Positions 1-8,130 of a DNA stretch of 32,000 nucleotides are shown piece by piece; position 1 is the stretch's first letter, and the number at the start of each line of letters is the position of its first letter. Source of the stretch: Paracoccus suum (GTDB lineage: Bacteria > Pseudomonadota > Alphaproteobacteria > Rhodobacterales > Rhodobacteraceae). The notes under the pieces were generated by a model. The model searched no databases, had not been told where the DNA came from, and worked only from the letters and a program-made list of their open reading frames with translations. Location: contig NZ_CP030918.1 of assembly GCF_003324675.1 (NCBI RefSeq), forward strand, positions 1,710,001-1,742,000. The letters run 5' to 3'. The translations under genes were made by a program, and so were the position numbers.

Positions 1-510
1 TACCACCTGCCGGTTTGCCACGCCGGCACCATCGGCGGCGCGAGCAAGCTGGAGGAAATGGTCTGCCCCGAGGGATCAGAGGCATTCAACTATCACTTCA
101 TCCTCAAGGACGATTCGGTGCCGCTGGCTCTGGCGCACCCCTCGAACACACAGTTGGTCGGCGATCAGCGCCGCACCACCTGGCTGCTTGCAATCTATCC
201 CTCGCTGCTGATCACGCTGACGCCGGGCTATTTCTGGTATCTCAGCCTGACCCCGACCGAGGATCCGGGGCAGGTCGATGTCATGTTCGGCGGCGGCATG
301 TCGCCCGAATGGCTGGCCGACCCCGCCGCCGAGGCACATCTGGCCAAAGTCCGCGCGCTGCTGGACGACGTCAACATCGAGGACAAGGGTTGCACCGAAA
401 AGGTCTATCGCGGCCTGCAATCGGGCATGGCCTCGCCCGGATCGCTGAGCCATCTCGAGCGGCCGAACTTCGAGTTCGCCCAATATCTGGCCCGGCGGGT
501 GGCCGGGTAA
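1..510 (+). CDS. Rieske-type aromatic ring-hydroxylating oxygenase alpha subunit, C-terminal catalytic domain (5' end outside the window)
   Basis: Frame 1 is open from base 1 (YHLPVCHAGTIGG...), continuous with the 58..510 ORF and ending at TAA 508-510. The YH-x4-H motif resembles the mononuclear-iron ligands of this family. GC3-rich codon usage. Confidence 0.55.
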   Translation, partial: YHLPVCHAGTIGGASKLEEMVCPEGSEAFNYHFILKDDSVPLALAHPSNTQLVGDQRRTTWLLAIYPSLLITLTPGYFWYLSLTPTEDPGQVDVMFGGGMSPEWLADPAAEAHLAKVRALLDDVNIEDKGCTEKVYRGLQSGMASPGSLSHLERPNFEFAQYLARRVAG

Positions 511-886
511 CGGCACGCCCCGTCCTAGACAGTTCGGGAGACGCTGCTCGCCCGCGTGAGGGCAGGGGAGTGGTGCCGTTTGGCTCGCGGCGATGCTGGG
601 GGCGGAGGGAGCGCGAAGTGTTCGCGTCCCAGCTGGGCTGCTGACGAGCAGCGGCGCGCTCATTTGACCCAATGGGATGCTTCCGGCCGGACAAGGCGCT
701 GCGCTTGCCCAGTGGTCTGCTGATAGCGGGCACGCCTGCGTGATTTGCGGAACACTCCTGCAAGCGTGCCGCCTCGGTCGTCGCCAAGGGATACTCGAAG
801 ACGAATAGCCCGACCCCCGTCGCGCCGCCACTTCCCCCCCGGTGCCCCGGGCGCTAGAAGCGCGCGACCTCTCAACGGACACGCGC

Positions 887-2581
887 ATGGCCCGGCACCT
901 CATCACCTCTGCCATTCCCTACATCAATGGCATCAAGCATCTGGGCAATCTGGTCGGCAGCCAGCTGCCCGCCGACCTCTACGCCCGCTACCTGCGCGGC
1001 CGGGGAAACGAGGTGATGTTCCTGTGCGCCACCGACGAGCACGGCACTCCCGCCGAGCTGGCCGCCGCCAAGGCCGGCCTGCCGGTGGCCGAGTTCTGCG
1101 CCCGGATGCACGAGGTGCAATCCGACATCGCCAGCCGCTTTGGCCTGTCGTTTGACCATTTCGGCCGCTCGTCATCGGACCGCAATCGCGGGCTGACCCA
1201 GCATTTCGCGCAAAAGCTGGCCGAAAACGGCCTGATCGCCGAGGTCGAGGAGCGCCAGGTCTATTCCGTCGACGACGGCCGCTTCCTGCCCGACCGCTAT
1301 ATCGAGGGCACTTGCCCGAATTGCGGCTATGACAAGGCCCGCGGCGATCAGTGCGAGAATTGCACCAAGCAGCTTGATCCCACCGACCTGATCGACCCGC
1401 GCAGCGCCATCTCGGGCTCGACCAACCTCGAGGTCCGCACGACCAAGCACCTGTATTTGCGGCAATCCGTGCTGAAGGAGGAGATTTCCGCCTGGATTGA
1501 TTCCAAGACGGACTGGCCGATCCTGACGACGTCGATCGCGCGCAAATGGCTGAACGATGGCGATGGCCTGCGGGATCGCGGCATCACCCGCGATCTCGAC
1601 TGGGGCGTCCCGGTGCCGGGGCTGCCGGGCAAGGTGTTCTACGTCTGGTTCGACGCGCCGATCGAATATATCGCCTGCGCGGCTGAACTGGCCGACGCGA
1701 CCGGGCAGGACGATGCCTTCTGGCGCCGCTGGTGGCGCACCGACGAGGGCGCGCATGACGTCACCTACACCCAGTTCATGGGCAAGGATAACGTGCCGTT
1801 CCATACCCTCAGCTTTCCCGCGACGCTGATCGGCTCGGGCGAGCCGTGGAAGATGGTCGATTACATCAAGTCATTCAATTACCTCACTTATGACGGCGGC
1901 CAGTTCAGCACCTCGCAGGGACGCGGCGTGTTCATGGATCAGGCGCTGTCGATCCTGCCGGCCGATTACTGGCGTTGGTGGCTGCTGTCGCATGCCCCCG
2001 AGGGCAGTGATGCCGAGTTCACCTGGGACAATTTCCAGCAGTCGGTGAACAAGGACCTGGCCGACGTTCTGGGCAATTTCGTCAGCCGCATCACGAAGTT
2101 CGCGCGCAGCAAGTTTGGCGAGACCGTCCCCCAGGGCGGCGCATGGACCGAGCGCGAGACCGCCCTCGCCGCAGCGCTGACCGAGCGTCTGCGCGCCTAC
2201 GAGGATTTCATGGACCACCGCGAGGTCCGCAAGGCCGCGTCCGAGTTGCGTGCGATATGGGTGCTGGGCAACGAATACCTGCAATCCGCCGCGCCTTGGG
2301 CGACCTTCAAGACCGATCCGCAGGCAGCCGCCATGCAGGTCCGCCTCGGCCTGAACCTGATCCGGCTCTATGCGATTCTGTCGGCGCCCTTCATCCCCTT
2401 CGCCGCGCAAACGTTGCGCGAGGCGATGGGGGCAGACGCGGAATGGCCCGATGACGTTACTGCGGCCCTGACGACCCTGTCGCCCGGACATGCCTTTGCC
2501 GTTCCCGAAAACCTGTTCGCCAAGATCACCGATGAGCAGCGCGAGGAATGGCAGGAGCGGTTCAAGGGCGTGCGGGACTAG
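887..2581 (+). CDS. metG: Methionine--tRNA ligase (short form with a single zinc knuckle)
   Basis: [21 protein letters not shown] (HIGH-type motif), [17 protein letters not shown] zinc knuckle, [15 protein letters not shown]-like [12 protein letters not shown] 887 preferred over the GTG 842 of the ORF track because homologs start near [12 protein letters not shown]. Confidence 0.95.
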   Translation: MARHLITSAIPYINGIKHLGNLVGSQLPADLYARYLRGRGNEVMFLCATDEHGTPAELAAAKAGLPVAEFCARMHEVQSDIASRFGLSFDHFGRSSSDRNRGLTQHFAQKLAENGLIAEVEERQVYSVDDGRFLPDRYIEGTCPNCGYDKARGDQCENCTKQLDPTDLIDPRSAISGSTNLEVRTTKHLYLRQSVLKEEISAWIDSKTDWPILTTSIARKWLNDGDGLRDRGITRDLDWGVPVPGLPGKVFYVWFDAPIEYIACAAELADATGQDDAFWRRWWRTDEGAHDVTYTQFMGKDNVPFHTLSFPATLIGSGEPWKMVDYIKSFNYLTYDGGQFSTSQGRGVFMDQALSILPADYWRWWLLSHAPEGSDAEFTWDNFQQSVNKDLADVLGNFVSRITKFARSKFGETVPQGGAWTERETALAAALTERLRAYEDFMDHREVRKAASELRAIWVLGNEYLQSAAPWATFKTDPQAAAMQVRLGLNLIRLYAILSAPFIPFAAQTLREAMGADAEWPDDVTAALTTLSPGHAFAVPENLFAKITDEQREEWQERFKGVRD

Positions 2582-2645
2582 CGACGCATCGGGGAGGGTG
2601 CGCGGTCCTGCGATCTGCTGCCCGACATCAAGTGGAGTGTAGCGA

Positions 2646-2999
2646 ATGACGGGCGAGATTGACCTCAAGGCGAAGCTGGCGTCCTTTGATGATCATTGGT
2701 CGCCGCGCACCGTGGCCAGCTTCAACGGTTACGATGTCATGGTGGTCAAGGTTCAGGGCGAGTTCCGCTGGCACTCGCATCCCGACACGGATGATCTGTT
2801 CCTTGTCCTGAAAGGTGCGATTGACATCCGGTTGCGGGACCGGACCGTGACGTTGCAACAAGGCCAGATGTTCGTCGTGCCCAAAGGGGTCGAGCATTGC
2901 CCCTTTGCGCGGGAAGAGGCGCATCTGTTGCTGATCGAGCCGACCGGAACGCCCAACACCGGCGATGCCGTCACCGCCGCGACGCGCAAGGTGCTGTAA
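2646..2999 (+). CDS. Cupin-domain protein
   Basis: 117 aa with cupin motifs: HSHPDTDDLFLVLKG ... GQMFVVPKGVEHCP. Confidence 0.8.
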   Translation: MTGEIDLKAKLASFDDHWSPRTVASFNGYDVMVVKVQGEFRWHSHPDTDDLFLVLKGAIDIRLRDRTVTLQQGQMFVVPKGVEHCPFAREEAHLLLIEPTGTPNTGDAVTAATRKVL

Positions 3000-3076
3000 G
3001 GCGGCGCGGCCGGCAGCCCCTGCCGCCGCCCGCAAGAATGTCCTAAGCACAAACAATTACCTAGACGCGAGGCCCA

Positions 3077-3997
3077 ATGACCCACTGCATCCTGATAGGC
3101 GCCCCTGTGGACGAGGGGCAAAAGCGCGCCGGCTGCCTGATGGGACCGGCGGCCTACCGCGTCGCGGGCCTTGCGCGCACACTGTCCGAACTGGGCCACA
3201 CGGTCGAGGATCGCGGGGATGTCGCGCCTGCCGCCGGGCGCGGCGAGGTCTGCGACAATCCCGCCGTCCATCACCTGCCCGAGATGATCGCCTGGACCGA
3301 GGCGCTGGGCGCGGCGGCGAAATCCGCCATGACAGCCGGCATGCCGATCTTTCTGGGGGGCGATCATGCGCTGTCGCTCGGGACCGTCTCTGGCGTCGCT
3401 GCCCATGCCGCGGCGGCCCAGCGGCCGCTGTTCGTGCTGTGGCTCGACGCCCATTCCGACATCCATTCGCTGATGAGCACCCGGTCGGGCAACATCCACG
3501 GCTGCCCGGTCGGCTACCTGTCCGGTCGCGACGGGTTCGAGCCGATGCCTGCCTTTCCAGCGCCGGTGCCGGGCGCCCAGATCTGCATGTTCGGCATCCG
3601 CAGCGTCGATCCGGCGGAACATGCCGCGCTTTCCGCCTCCGAGATCGAGGTCAATGACATGCGCGTGCTGGACGAGCATGGCATCGTCGCGCCGCTGCGC
3701 GGCTTCCTCGACCGGGTGCGCGCGGCCGACGGTCTGCTGCATGTCTCGCTCGACGTCGATTTCCTCGACCCCTCGATTGCACCGGCGGTCGGCACCACCG
3801 TGCCCGGCGGCGCCACCTTCCGCGAGGCGCATCTGGTCATGGAGATGCTGCACGAGAGCGGCCTTGTCACTTCGCTCGACCTTGTCGAGCTGAACCCGTT
3901 CCTCGACGACCGGGGTCAGACCGCGCGGCTGATGGTCGATCTGGTCGGCAGCCTGATGGGCCGCAAGGTCTTTGACCGCCCGACCCGCGCCAAGTGA
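3077..3997 (+). CDS. rocF: Arginase (ureohydrolase family)
   Basis: Mn-binding signatures GGDHALSLG, WLDAHSDIHS, SLDVDFLDPSIAP, and VELNP near the C-terminus. Confidence 0.9.
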   Translation: MTHCILIGAPVDEGQKRAGCLMGPAAYRVAGLARTLSELGHTVEDRGDVAPAAGRGEVCDNPAVHHLPEMIAWTEALGAAAKSAMTAGMPIFLGGDHALSLGTVSGVAAHAAAAQRPLFVLWLDAHSDIHSLMSTRSGNIHGCPVGYLSGRDGFEPMPAFPAPVPGAQICMFGIRSVDPAEHAALSASEIEVNDMRVLDEHGIVAPLRGFLDRVRAADGLLHVSLDVDFLDPSIAPAVGTTVPGGATFREAHLVMEMLHESGLVTSLDLVELNPFLDDRGQTARLMVDLVGSLMGRKVFDRPTRAK

Positions 3998-4038
3998 GCC
4001 TTGCCCGGCCCCGGCTGGCGCACTAGTCAGGGCGCCAC

Positions 4039-4076
4039 GCGGGCGTGGCGGAATGGTAGACGCATGGGACTTAAAA
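4039..4076 (+). pseudogene. Truncated 5' half of an intronless tRNA-Leu(UAA) (acceptor 5' strand through the anticodon loop only)
   Basis: GCGGGCG-TG-GCG-GAATGGTAGA-CGC-A-TGGGA-CTTAAAA gives the acceptor strand, D-arm, 5' anticodon stem and loop with anticodon TAA. The next bases are AGTCTTTTTTCTACC, so the expected TCCCA strand, variable arm, T-arm and CCA are missing. Confidence 0.75.
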
Positions 4077-4233
4077 AGTCTTTTTTCTACCATGCTGCAA
4101 AATAGTTTGCGGAAGAGAATTGAATGGTTTTTCAATGCGCTATGAGCGCAGGGTAAGGAAGGCGAAAAAAGGCTGATTTCGTTCTAGGTGCTGCGTAGGA
4201 GCAGAGATCAAGGGCGAGAATCGGCGGCAAAGG

Positions 4234-4534
4234 GCGGACGTGGCGAAATCGGTAGACGCAGCAGACTTTAGAATTGGAGTGCCCGCGGGGAAATCCGCGG
4301 AGTAGAACCGCTCAAAGTCGGGGAACGCTAAAGGGCATCTGCCCTAAGCCAATCCCGAGCCAAGCCCCTCTTCGGGGAAGGTGTAGAGACTGGACGGGCG
4401 GCGCCTAAAGCCTTCGGGCCATGGCGAAGGGACAGTCCAGACCACGAACGCCATAAGGCGGCGGCGAAAGTCGAAGTGGTACGAAAATCTGCTTCTCTGT
4501 GAGAGTACGGGTTCGAGTCCCGTCGTCCGCACCA
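4234..4534 (+). tRNA. trnL(UAA): tRNA-Leu(UAA) interrupted by a group I intron (exon 1 4234-4268, exon 2 4484-4534)
   Basis: Joined exons fold as a class II cloverleaf. Acceptor GCGGACG/CGTCCGC. D-arm GCG-AAATCGGTAGA-CGC. Anticodon stem GCAGA/TCTGC with loop CUU+AAAA. Variable arm UCUC-UGU-GAGA. T-arm ACGGG-TTCGAGT-CCCGT. Discriminator A and an encoded CCA. Confidence 0.9.
4269..4483 (+). ncRNA. Group I self-splicing intron (IC3-like, 215 nt, no ORF) between U34 and A35 of tRNA-Leu(UAA)
   Basis: AAUCCCGAGCCAAGCC and GGAAGGUGUAGAGACUGGACGG match, from memory, the conserved core of the Azoarcus tRNA-Ile and Anabaena tRNA-Leu introns. P1 pairs ACUU|UA with UGGAGU, placing a U.G wobble at the 5' splice site. 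P2 is CCGCGG-G(GAAA)U-CCGCGG. P4 is UCGGG/CCCGA. The intron ends in G4483. Confidence 0.85.
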
Positions 4535-4872
4535 TTATCCAGCGTCACAGGGTGCCGCTGGAATCCAAGCATTAAGCGGTGGCGGATGATCTTGCATCAT
4601 AAGATCGTGTTCGGTGAGTCCGAGTCCAAAATATCGTGCGCGCCATTTGATCTTCGAACTATGAACACTACAGCCGCTGTTCCGAAGATCGAAGTGGAAC
4701 GGGCGTTAACGTTTTCGATCCTCACCCTGTGATGCAGTTCACCTAGCAACGCACCTCAAACCCCGAAATAAAATCCGCTTATGCAGCTTGCGGACGGTCC
4801 CTCTCGAATTCCTATGCAGCAGCATCCTAGAAATAGCTGCGCACTGGAGCGCCGAGGGAGCGTTCATCGCAA

Positions 4873-5034
4873 ATGGCTGGAAATAGTAGGGTCCGGAAGA
4901 ATCAGAACGAGGCGCCGCGCCCTCAGAAAGAGCCAGGGAATGGTGGGCTTGGCTTGCTGCTTGTCCTGGCGATTACCGCGATCGGCGTTGGGTATGTCGG
5001 CTACCCGCTGTCCCTCGTCTTCGGCCTGATCTAA
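4873..5034 (+). CDS. Hypothetical small membrane protein (53 aa, below the ORF-track cutoff)
   Basis: ATG..TAA ORF MAGNSRVRKNQNEAPRPQKEPGNGGLGLLLVLAITAIGVGYVGYPLSLVFGLI: a basic N-terminus followed by one TM helix. The SD is weak and distant. It lies directly upstream of another small membrane ORF. Confidence 0.25.
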   Translation: MAGNSRVRKNQNEAPRPQKEPGNGGLGLLLVLAITAIGVGYVGYPLSLVFGLI

Positions 5035-5053
5035 CGAACGATCCAGGCGTGTT

Positions 5054-5326
5054 ATGCGGTTAGACGAGCAGTCGCGAGAGCACATTGGGCGCTATGGCAT
5101 CAAGCTGGTCGTCGCTGCGGCAATCGCCTACATTCTGAAGAGCGAGAACTTCCTTGCCACATTCGCGCTGTGGACCGGCATATACGGCGTAATGGCCGTC
5201 GCTTACGCAGTTCATCGCGGCGAACGATTCGGCAAGACCAGGTTCACCTATTGGGATGAGGCTCTATGGTTGGCGGCGACGGCGTTGGGTCTCTACATTT
5301 TCAGTGGCCATCAGTTGGCCGTCTGA
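5054..5326 (+). CDS. Hypothetical membrane protein (90 aa, about 3 TM segments)
   Basis: Hydrophobic segments LVVAAAIAYIL, LATFALWTGIYGVMAVAYAV and ALWLAATALGLYIF. No recognisable family. Confidence 0.45.
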   Translation: MRLDEQSREHIGRYGIKLVVAAAIAYILKSENFLATFALWTGIYGVMAVAYAVHRGERFGKTRFTYWDEALWLAATALGLYIFSGHQLAV

Positions 5327-5344
5327 TCGGCCGCTTCTGTTGGT

Positions 5345-6169
5345 TCAAAGAAACCGTGCGGATGCGTCGCCAACGCCTGACAACTCGACCTTCAGTTCCT
5401 GACCAGGAAGGATTTGCAGCAGCATCGGGATGATCGATCCGGTTGCTACGATATCGCCGGCGCTGAGATAATTGCCTCTGGCGATCAGGTCATTCACGAG
5501 CCAGAGCGCAGAGTTGATCGGATCAACCAGCCCCTCTCCCGATGCCGACTGAAACACTGGAACGTTGTTGATCGACGCTCGCATGTCGATTCTGTCCATG
5601 GCCTCCAGGCCTGTTGGCTCATGATATTTGTCGACGATCGTCGAAACATGGAACGCATAGTCAGCAATGGCGGCCAGGTGTGGTTGCCCAGTCAGGTGAC
5701 CACGTCGCCCGACAAGACCGATAGCCGGTTGGTAGCTCAGGATCGCCTTGCAAAATTGATCGCGAGTGATGGGCCAATGGTCCGCCCCCAAGGGACCGCC
5801 TATCGTAAAGACGATTTCGCATTGTGCCCCGATGAAGCCTTGGGGAAGCCGGAACGGCCCGTGGGAGTCCTGAAGAACTGTTCCGACAGGGATCGGGCAG
5901 TAGATGGGACTGGCAAGGCCAAGCGTGCCGCGGATGGCGGGGCAAGTGCCTATCAGGGCGTAGCCTACCGCGTCATTGGCGAAGGCCGCGATTGCTGCTG
6001 ACTGCACCGCCCAGGCGTCATCCTCGCTTCGAAGCAGATCGAACGGGATATCTGAGGTAATTCCCTGCCGACGGTTTTGGCAAAGCAAGTTAGCGAGATA
6101 GTCGAGATTCTGGTCAATCATAGAAGCACACTCCCGCGCGAGAGAGGGCGCAAAGTCGTGCTCAGTCAA
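5345..6169 (-). CDS. 2-keto-4-pentenoate hydratase / 2-oxohepta-3-ene-1,7-dioate hydratase-like protein (MhpD/HpcG family)
   Basis: Pattern similar to MhpD: CEIVFTIG (compare AEIALVL), PAIGLVGRR (compare PALEVVGSR), and the C-terminal ALWLVNDLIARGNYLSAGDIVATGS (compare [25 protein letters not shown]). Confidence 0.6.
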   Translation of the reverse strand: MTEHDFAPSLARECASMIDQNLDYLANLLCQNRRQGITSDIPFDLLRSEDDAWAVQSAAIAAFANDAVGYALIGTCPAIRGTLGLASPIYCPIPVGTVLQDSHGPFRLPQGFIGAQCEIVFTIGGPLGADHWPITRDQFCKAILSYQPAIGLVGRRGHLTGQPHLAAIADYAFHVSTIVDKYHEPTGLEAMDRIDMRASINNVPVFQSASGEGLVDPINSALWLVNDLIARGNYLSAGDIVATGSIIPMLLQILPGQELKVELSGVGDASARFL

Positions 6170-6315
6170 ATAAAAATCCGACTATATAAGTACGTATATT
6201 TTTGTCAGGGCTTTTTCTTATGAAAATACTATCGCAGCGCGGCTGAGCTCCCGTCGAAATAATATGCGGCTCTATCTAGCTTGAGGGTCCCACCAAACCG
6301 GAAGGACCTGAAGGT

Positions 6316-7587
6316 ATGAAGCCGCTTAAACCGTCCCTCGCACCCGCCGCTACGGCCACGGCCGAGGCCGGTCGTCCAACAAGACCGGGGTCGGAGCGTC
6401 GGAAGACGCTTTGCCGGAGCGCGGTTGGCGCGGTCGCGATTATGGCCGGTTCGATGATGGGTCTTGGCCAGGCAGCGGCGGAACCCCTGAGCGCGCCGAG
6501 CTTTGGTGGCCCTCTGCGCCCGAACCCCGATCCGATGAGCATGGATGCGGGCCTGTTTGGTCGCCTTCATATCACCGGCCAGCTCACAGGCATCGGGAAT
6601 GCGCAGACGAACGGCATTCCCGGCGTCGATCCGCGAACGACAGATCCCCTCGTCGATATCGGCAATGCCCAAATTCAGGTGCAGACAACCGGGGCGCCTT
6701 TGACGTTCTTCGTCCAGGGCGGTGTCTACTCGCTGCCTTCTTTGGGCTCGGCCTACACCCGCGCAACCGACGTCACCGATCAGTTGTACGGGCCGGTGCC
6801 GGTTGCTTATGGCAAGCTCGAGCTGTCGCCGAATTTCTCGGTGCAGGCGGGTTTGCTGCCGACGTTGATCGGCGCGGAATCGACCTTCACCTTCCAGAAT
6901 ATGAATATCGCGCGCGGCCTGCTCTGGAACCAGGAGCCGGCGATCAGCCGCGGTGTTCAGGTGAACTATAGCAATGGACCGGTCAACGCCTCGGTGTCGG
7001 TCAATGATGGTTTCTACTCAGGGGATTACAACTGGGTATCCGGTCTCGTGTCTTATGCGGCGACGCCGTCGAGCACGATCACGCTTGTCGCCGCAGACAA
7101 CTTTGCAGAGTCCGGCAAGACCGGCGCCGCGACGCCACTGGCGCAGAACAACAGCAGCATCTTCAATGTGATCTACACCTATGTCGACGGCCCGCTGACG
7201 CTCCAGCCCTACCTGCAATACACAACGGTCCGCTCGAACAGGGACATCGGTATTGATCGCTCGGCCGAAACATTCGGCGGAGCGCTGCTGGCTCGCTATG
7301 CCATCAATGAGAATTTCTCGATCGCTGGACGTGCCGAGTACATCGCTTCAAGCGGAGGAGATTGCGGCGTCGCCGCAGACTGCGCCCCCACCAATCTGCT
7401 CTACGGGCCGAAAAGCAGGGCGTGGTCGCTGACGGTGACGCCGACCTACCAGCGCGGGATCTTCTTCGCGCGTACCGAGCTTTCGTACACCCGCATCGAT
7501 CGGGTCACCGAAGGCTACGGCTTTGGGTCCAACTTCGACAAGCGCGACCAGGTACGCGGGATGTTTGAGGCCGGGGTGCTTTTCTAG
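6316..7587 (+). CDS. Outer-membrane beta-barrel porin-like protein
   Basis: Signal-like AVGAVAIMAGSMMGLGQAAA-EP, alternating beta-strand composition rich in G/Y/N/S/T, and a terminal aromatic residue (...FEAGVLF). Confidence 0.6.
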   Translation: MKPLKPSLAPAATATAEAGRPTRPGSERRKTLCRSAVGAVAIMAGSMMGLGQAAAEPLSAPSFGGPLRPNPDPMSMDAGLFGRLHITGQLTGIGNAQTNGIPGVDPRTTDPLVDIGNAQIQVQTTGAPLTFFVQGGVYSLPSLGSAYTRATDVTDQLYGPVPVAYGKLELSPNFSVQAGLLPTLIGAESTFTFQNMNIARGLLWNQEPAISRGVQVNYSNGPVNASVSVNDGFYSGDYNWVSGLVSYAATPSSTITLVAADNFAESGKTGAATPLAQNNSSIFNVIYTYVDGPLTLQPYLQYTTVRSNRDIGIDRSAETFGGALLARYAINENFSIAGRAEYIASSGGDCGVAADCAPTNLLYGPKSRAWSLTVTPTYQRGIFFARTELSYTRIDRVTEGYGFGSNFDKRDQVRGMFEAGVLF

Positions 7588-7651
7588 GACGGGCGCGGGC
7601 GGAAATGCGGAGCCACCGGCTCCGCAAACGCACTGCGAGCTCAGGTGAAAC

Positions 7652-7960
7652 ATGGGTTTGGAACAGATCATATCGAAATTGGAGGCTCCTCAAGCCACAG
7701 CGACTGTGTATCCGGTCCTGCCCGTTCTCTGGGTCTATCGGAACTATGATGATCGCTGGACTGTGCATCTTGAAGGTGAAGACTCCGAATGGTGCCACCC
7801 GACGCGCAATGATGCGGTCGGTGCGGCAAGGCTGATAGGCGAGAGCTACGGCTGCTACCGCCTCTATCTTCAACTGACAGACGGTCGCTTCTGCCTGGAG
7901 ATGATGAACCTCAGTCGGCGGCGCGAGCCGCGTCAGATGGGGAGCGAGGGCGAAAATTGA
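7652..7960 (+). CDS. Hypothetical protein (102 aa), apparent paralog of 10106..10354
   Basis: SD-like AGGTGA upstream. Shares a D-x-R-x(0-2)-W-T-V ... DA-x(3-4)-AR core with the 82-aa ORF at 10106. Confidence 0.4.
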   Translation: MGLEQIISKLEAPQATATVYPVLPVLWVYRNYDDRWTVHLEGEDSEWCHPTRNDAVGAARLIGESYGCYRLYLQLTDGRFCLEMMNLSRRREPRQMGSEGEN

Positions 7961-8106
7961 GCCGGGCTGTACCAAGCAAGCGCCAAGTCTCCCGACACGT
8001 CTTCCGCTGCGCCGTGGAGATCATCGCTCTGGTGGTGATCGCCGGTTGCGCTGTTCTTGCTGCCGCAGGCCCCAGCATCTACCTAATGTTCAGAAATGGC
8101 GGCTGA
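7957..8106 (+). CDS. Possible translationally coupled small membrane protein (49 aa, TTG start)
   Basis: TTG 7957 overlaps the TGA 7958-7960 of the upstream ORF (ATTGA). Sequence ..VSRHVFRCAVEIIALVVIAGCAVLAAAGPSIYLMFRNGG has one TM helix. Speculative. Confidence 0.2.
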   Translation: MSRAVPSKRQVSRHVFRCAVEIIALVVIAGCAVLAAAGPSIYLMFRNGG

Positions 8107-8130
8107 ATGCAGATTTTCGGGCCGTCCTGC

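Noticed and set aside
842-886. Longer N-terminal extensions given by the ORF track for metG (842), dapA (8541), trbJ (26340), trbE (28862), trbD (29403) and trbC (29747).
   Set aside because: The extensions are Arg/Pro/Ser-rich, overlap upstream genes, and lack similarity to homolog N-termini. Internal ATGs give canonical N-termini and ATGA-type coupling.
76-915. Several overlapping ORFs in and after the Rieske oxygenase 3' end and in the 511-886 intergenic region.
   Set aside because: They are mutually overlapping, Arg/Pro/Ser-rich, lack SD sequences, and have no homology patterns. They are high-GC frame artefacts.
3001-3035. GC-rich hairpin CGGCAG-CCC-CTGCCG within GGCGGC...GCCGCC after the cupin gene, as a terminator.
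   Set aside because: No T-tract follows and arginase starts 40 nt later. It may be a weak attenuator or nothing, and there is not enough evidence to call it.
4066-4086. GACTT-AAA-AAGTC hairpin plus T6 at the end of the tRNA fragment, as a genuine rho-independent terminator.
   Set aside because: The stem is only 5 bp, AT-rich, and has a 3-nt loop. It is partly just the former anticodon arm, so it is probably incidental to the truncation junction. It is mentioned under the junction finding only.
2753-4135. 460-aa minus-strand ORF spanning the cupin, arginase and tRNA-fragment region.
   Set aside because: It is antisense to two well-supported genes and runs through intergenic DNA and the tRNA fragment. 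Its Arg/Ala/Gly-rich composition has no recognisable domain.
4344-4732. ORFs 4344..4535 (-) and 4499..4732 (+), as possible intron-encoded homing endonuclease or integrase fragments.
   Set aside because: The intron is only 215 nt, and its sequence is accounted for by the ribozyme helices I could trace. The ORFs cross exon-intron or tRNA boundaries and show no LAGLIDADG, GIY-YIG or HNH motifs, nor tyrosine-recombinase motifs.
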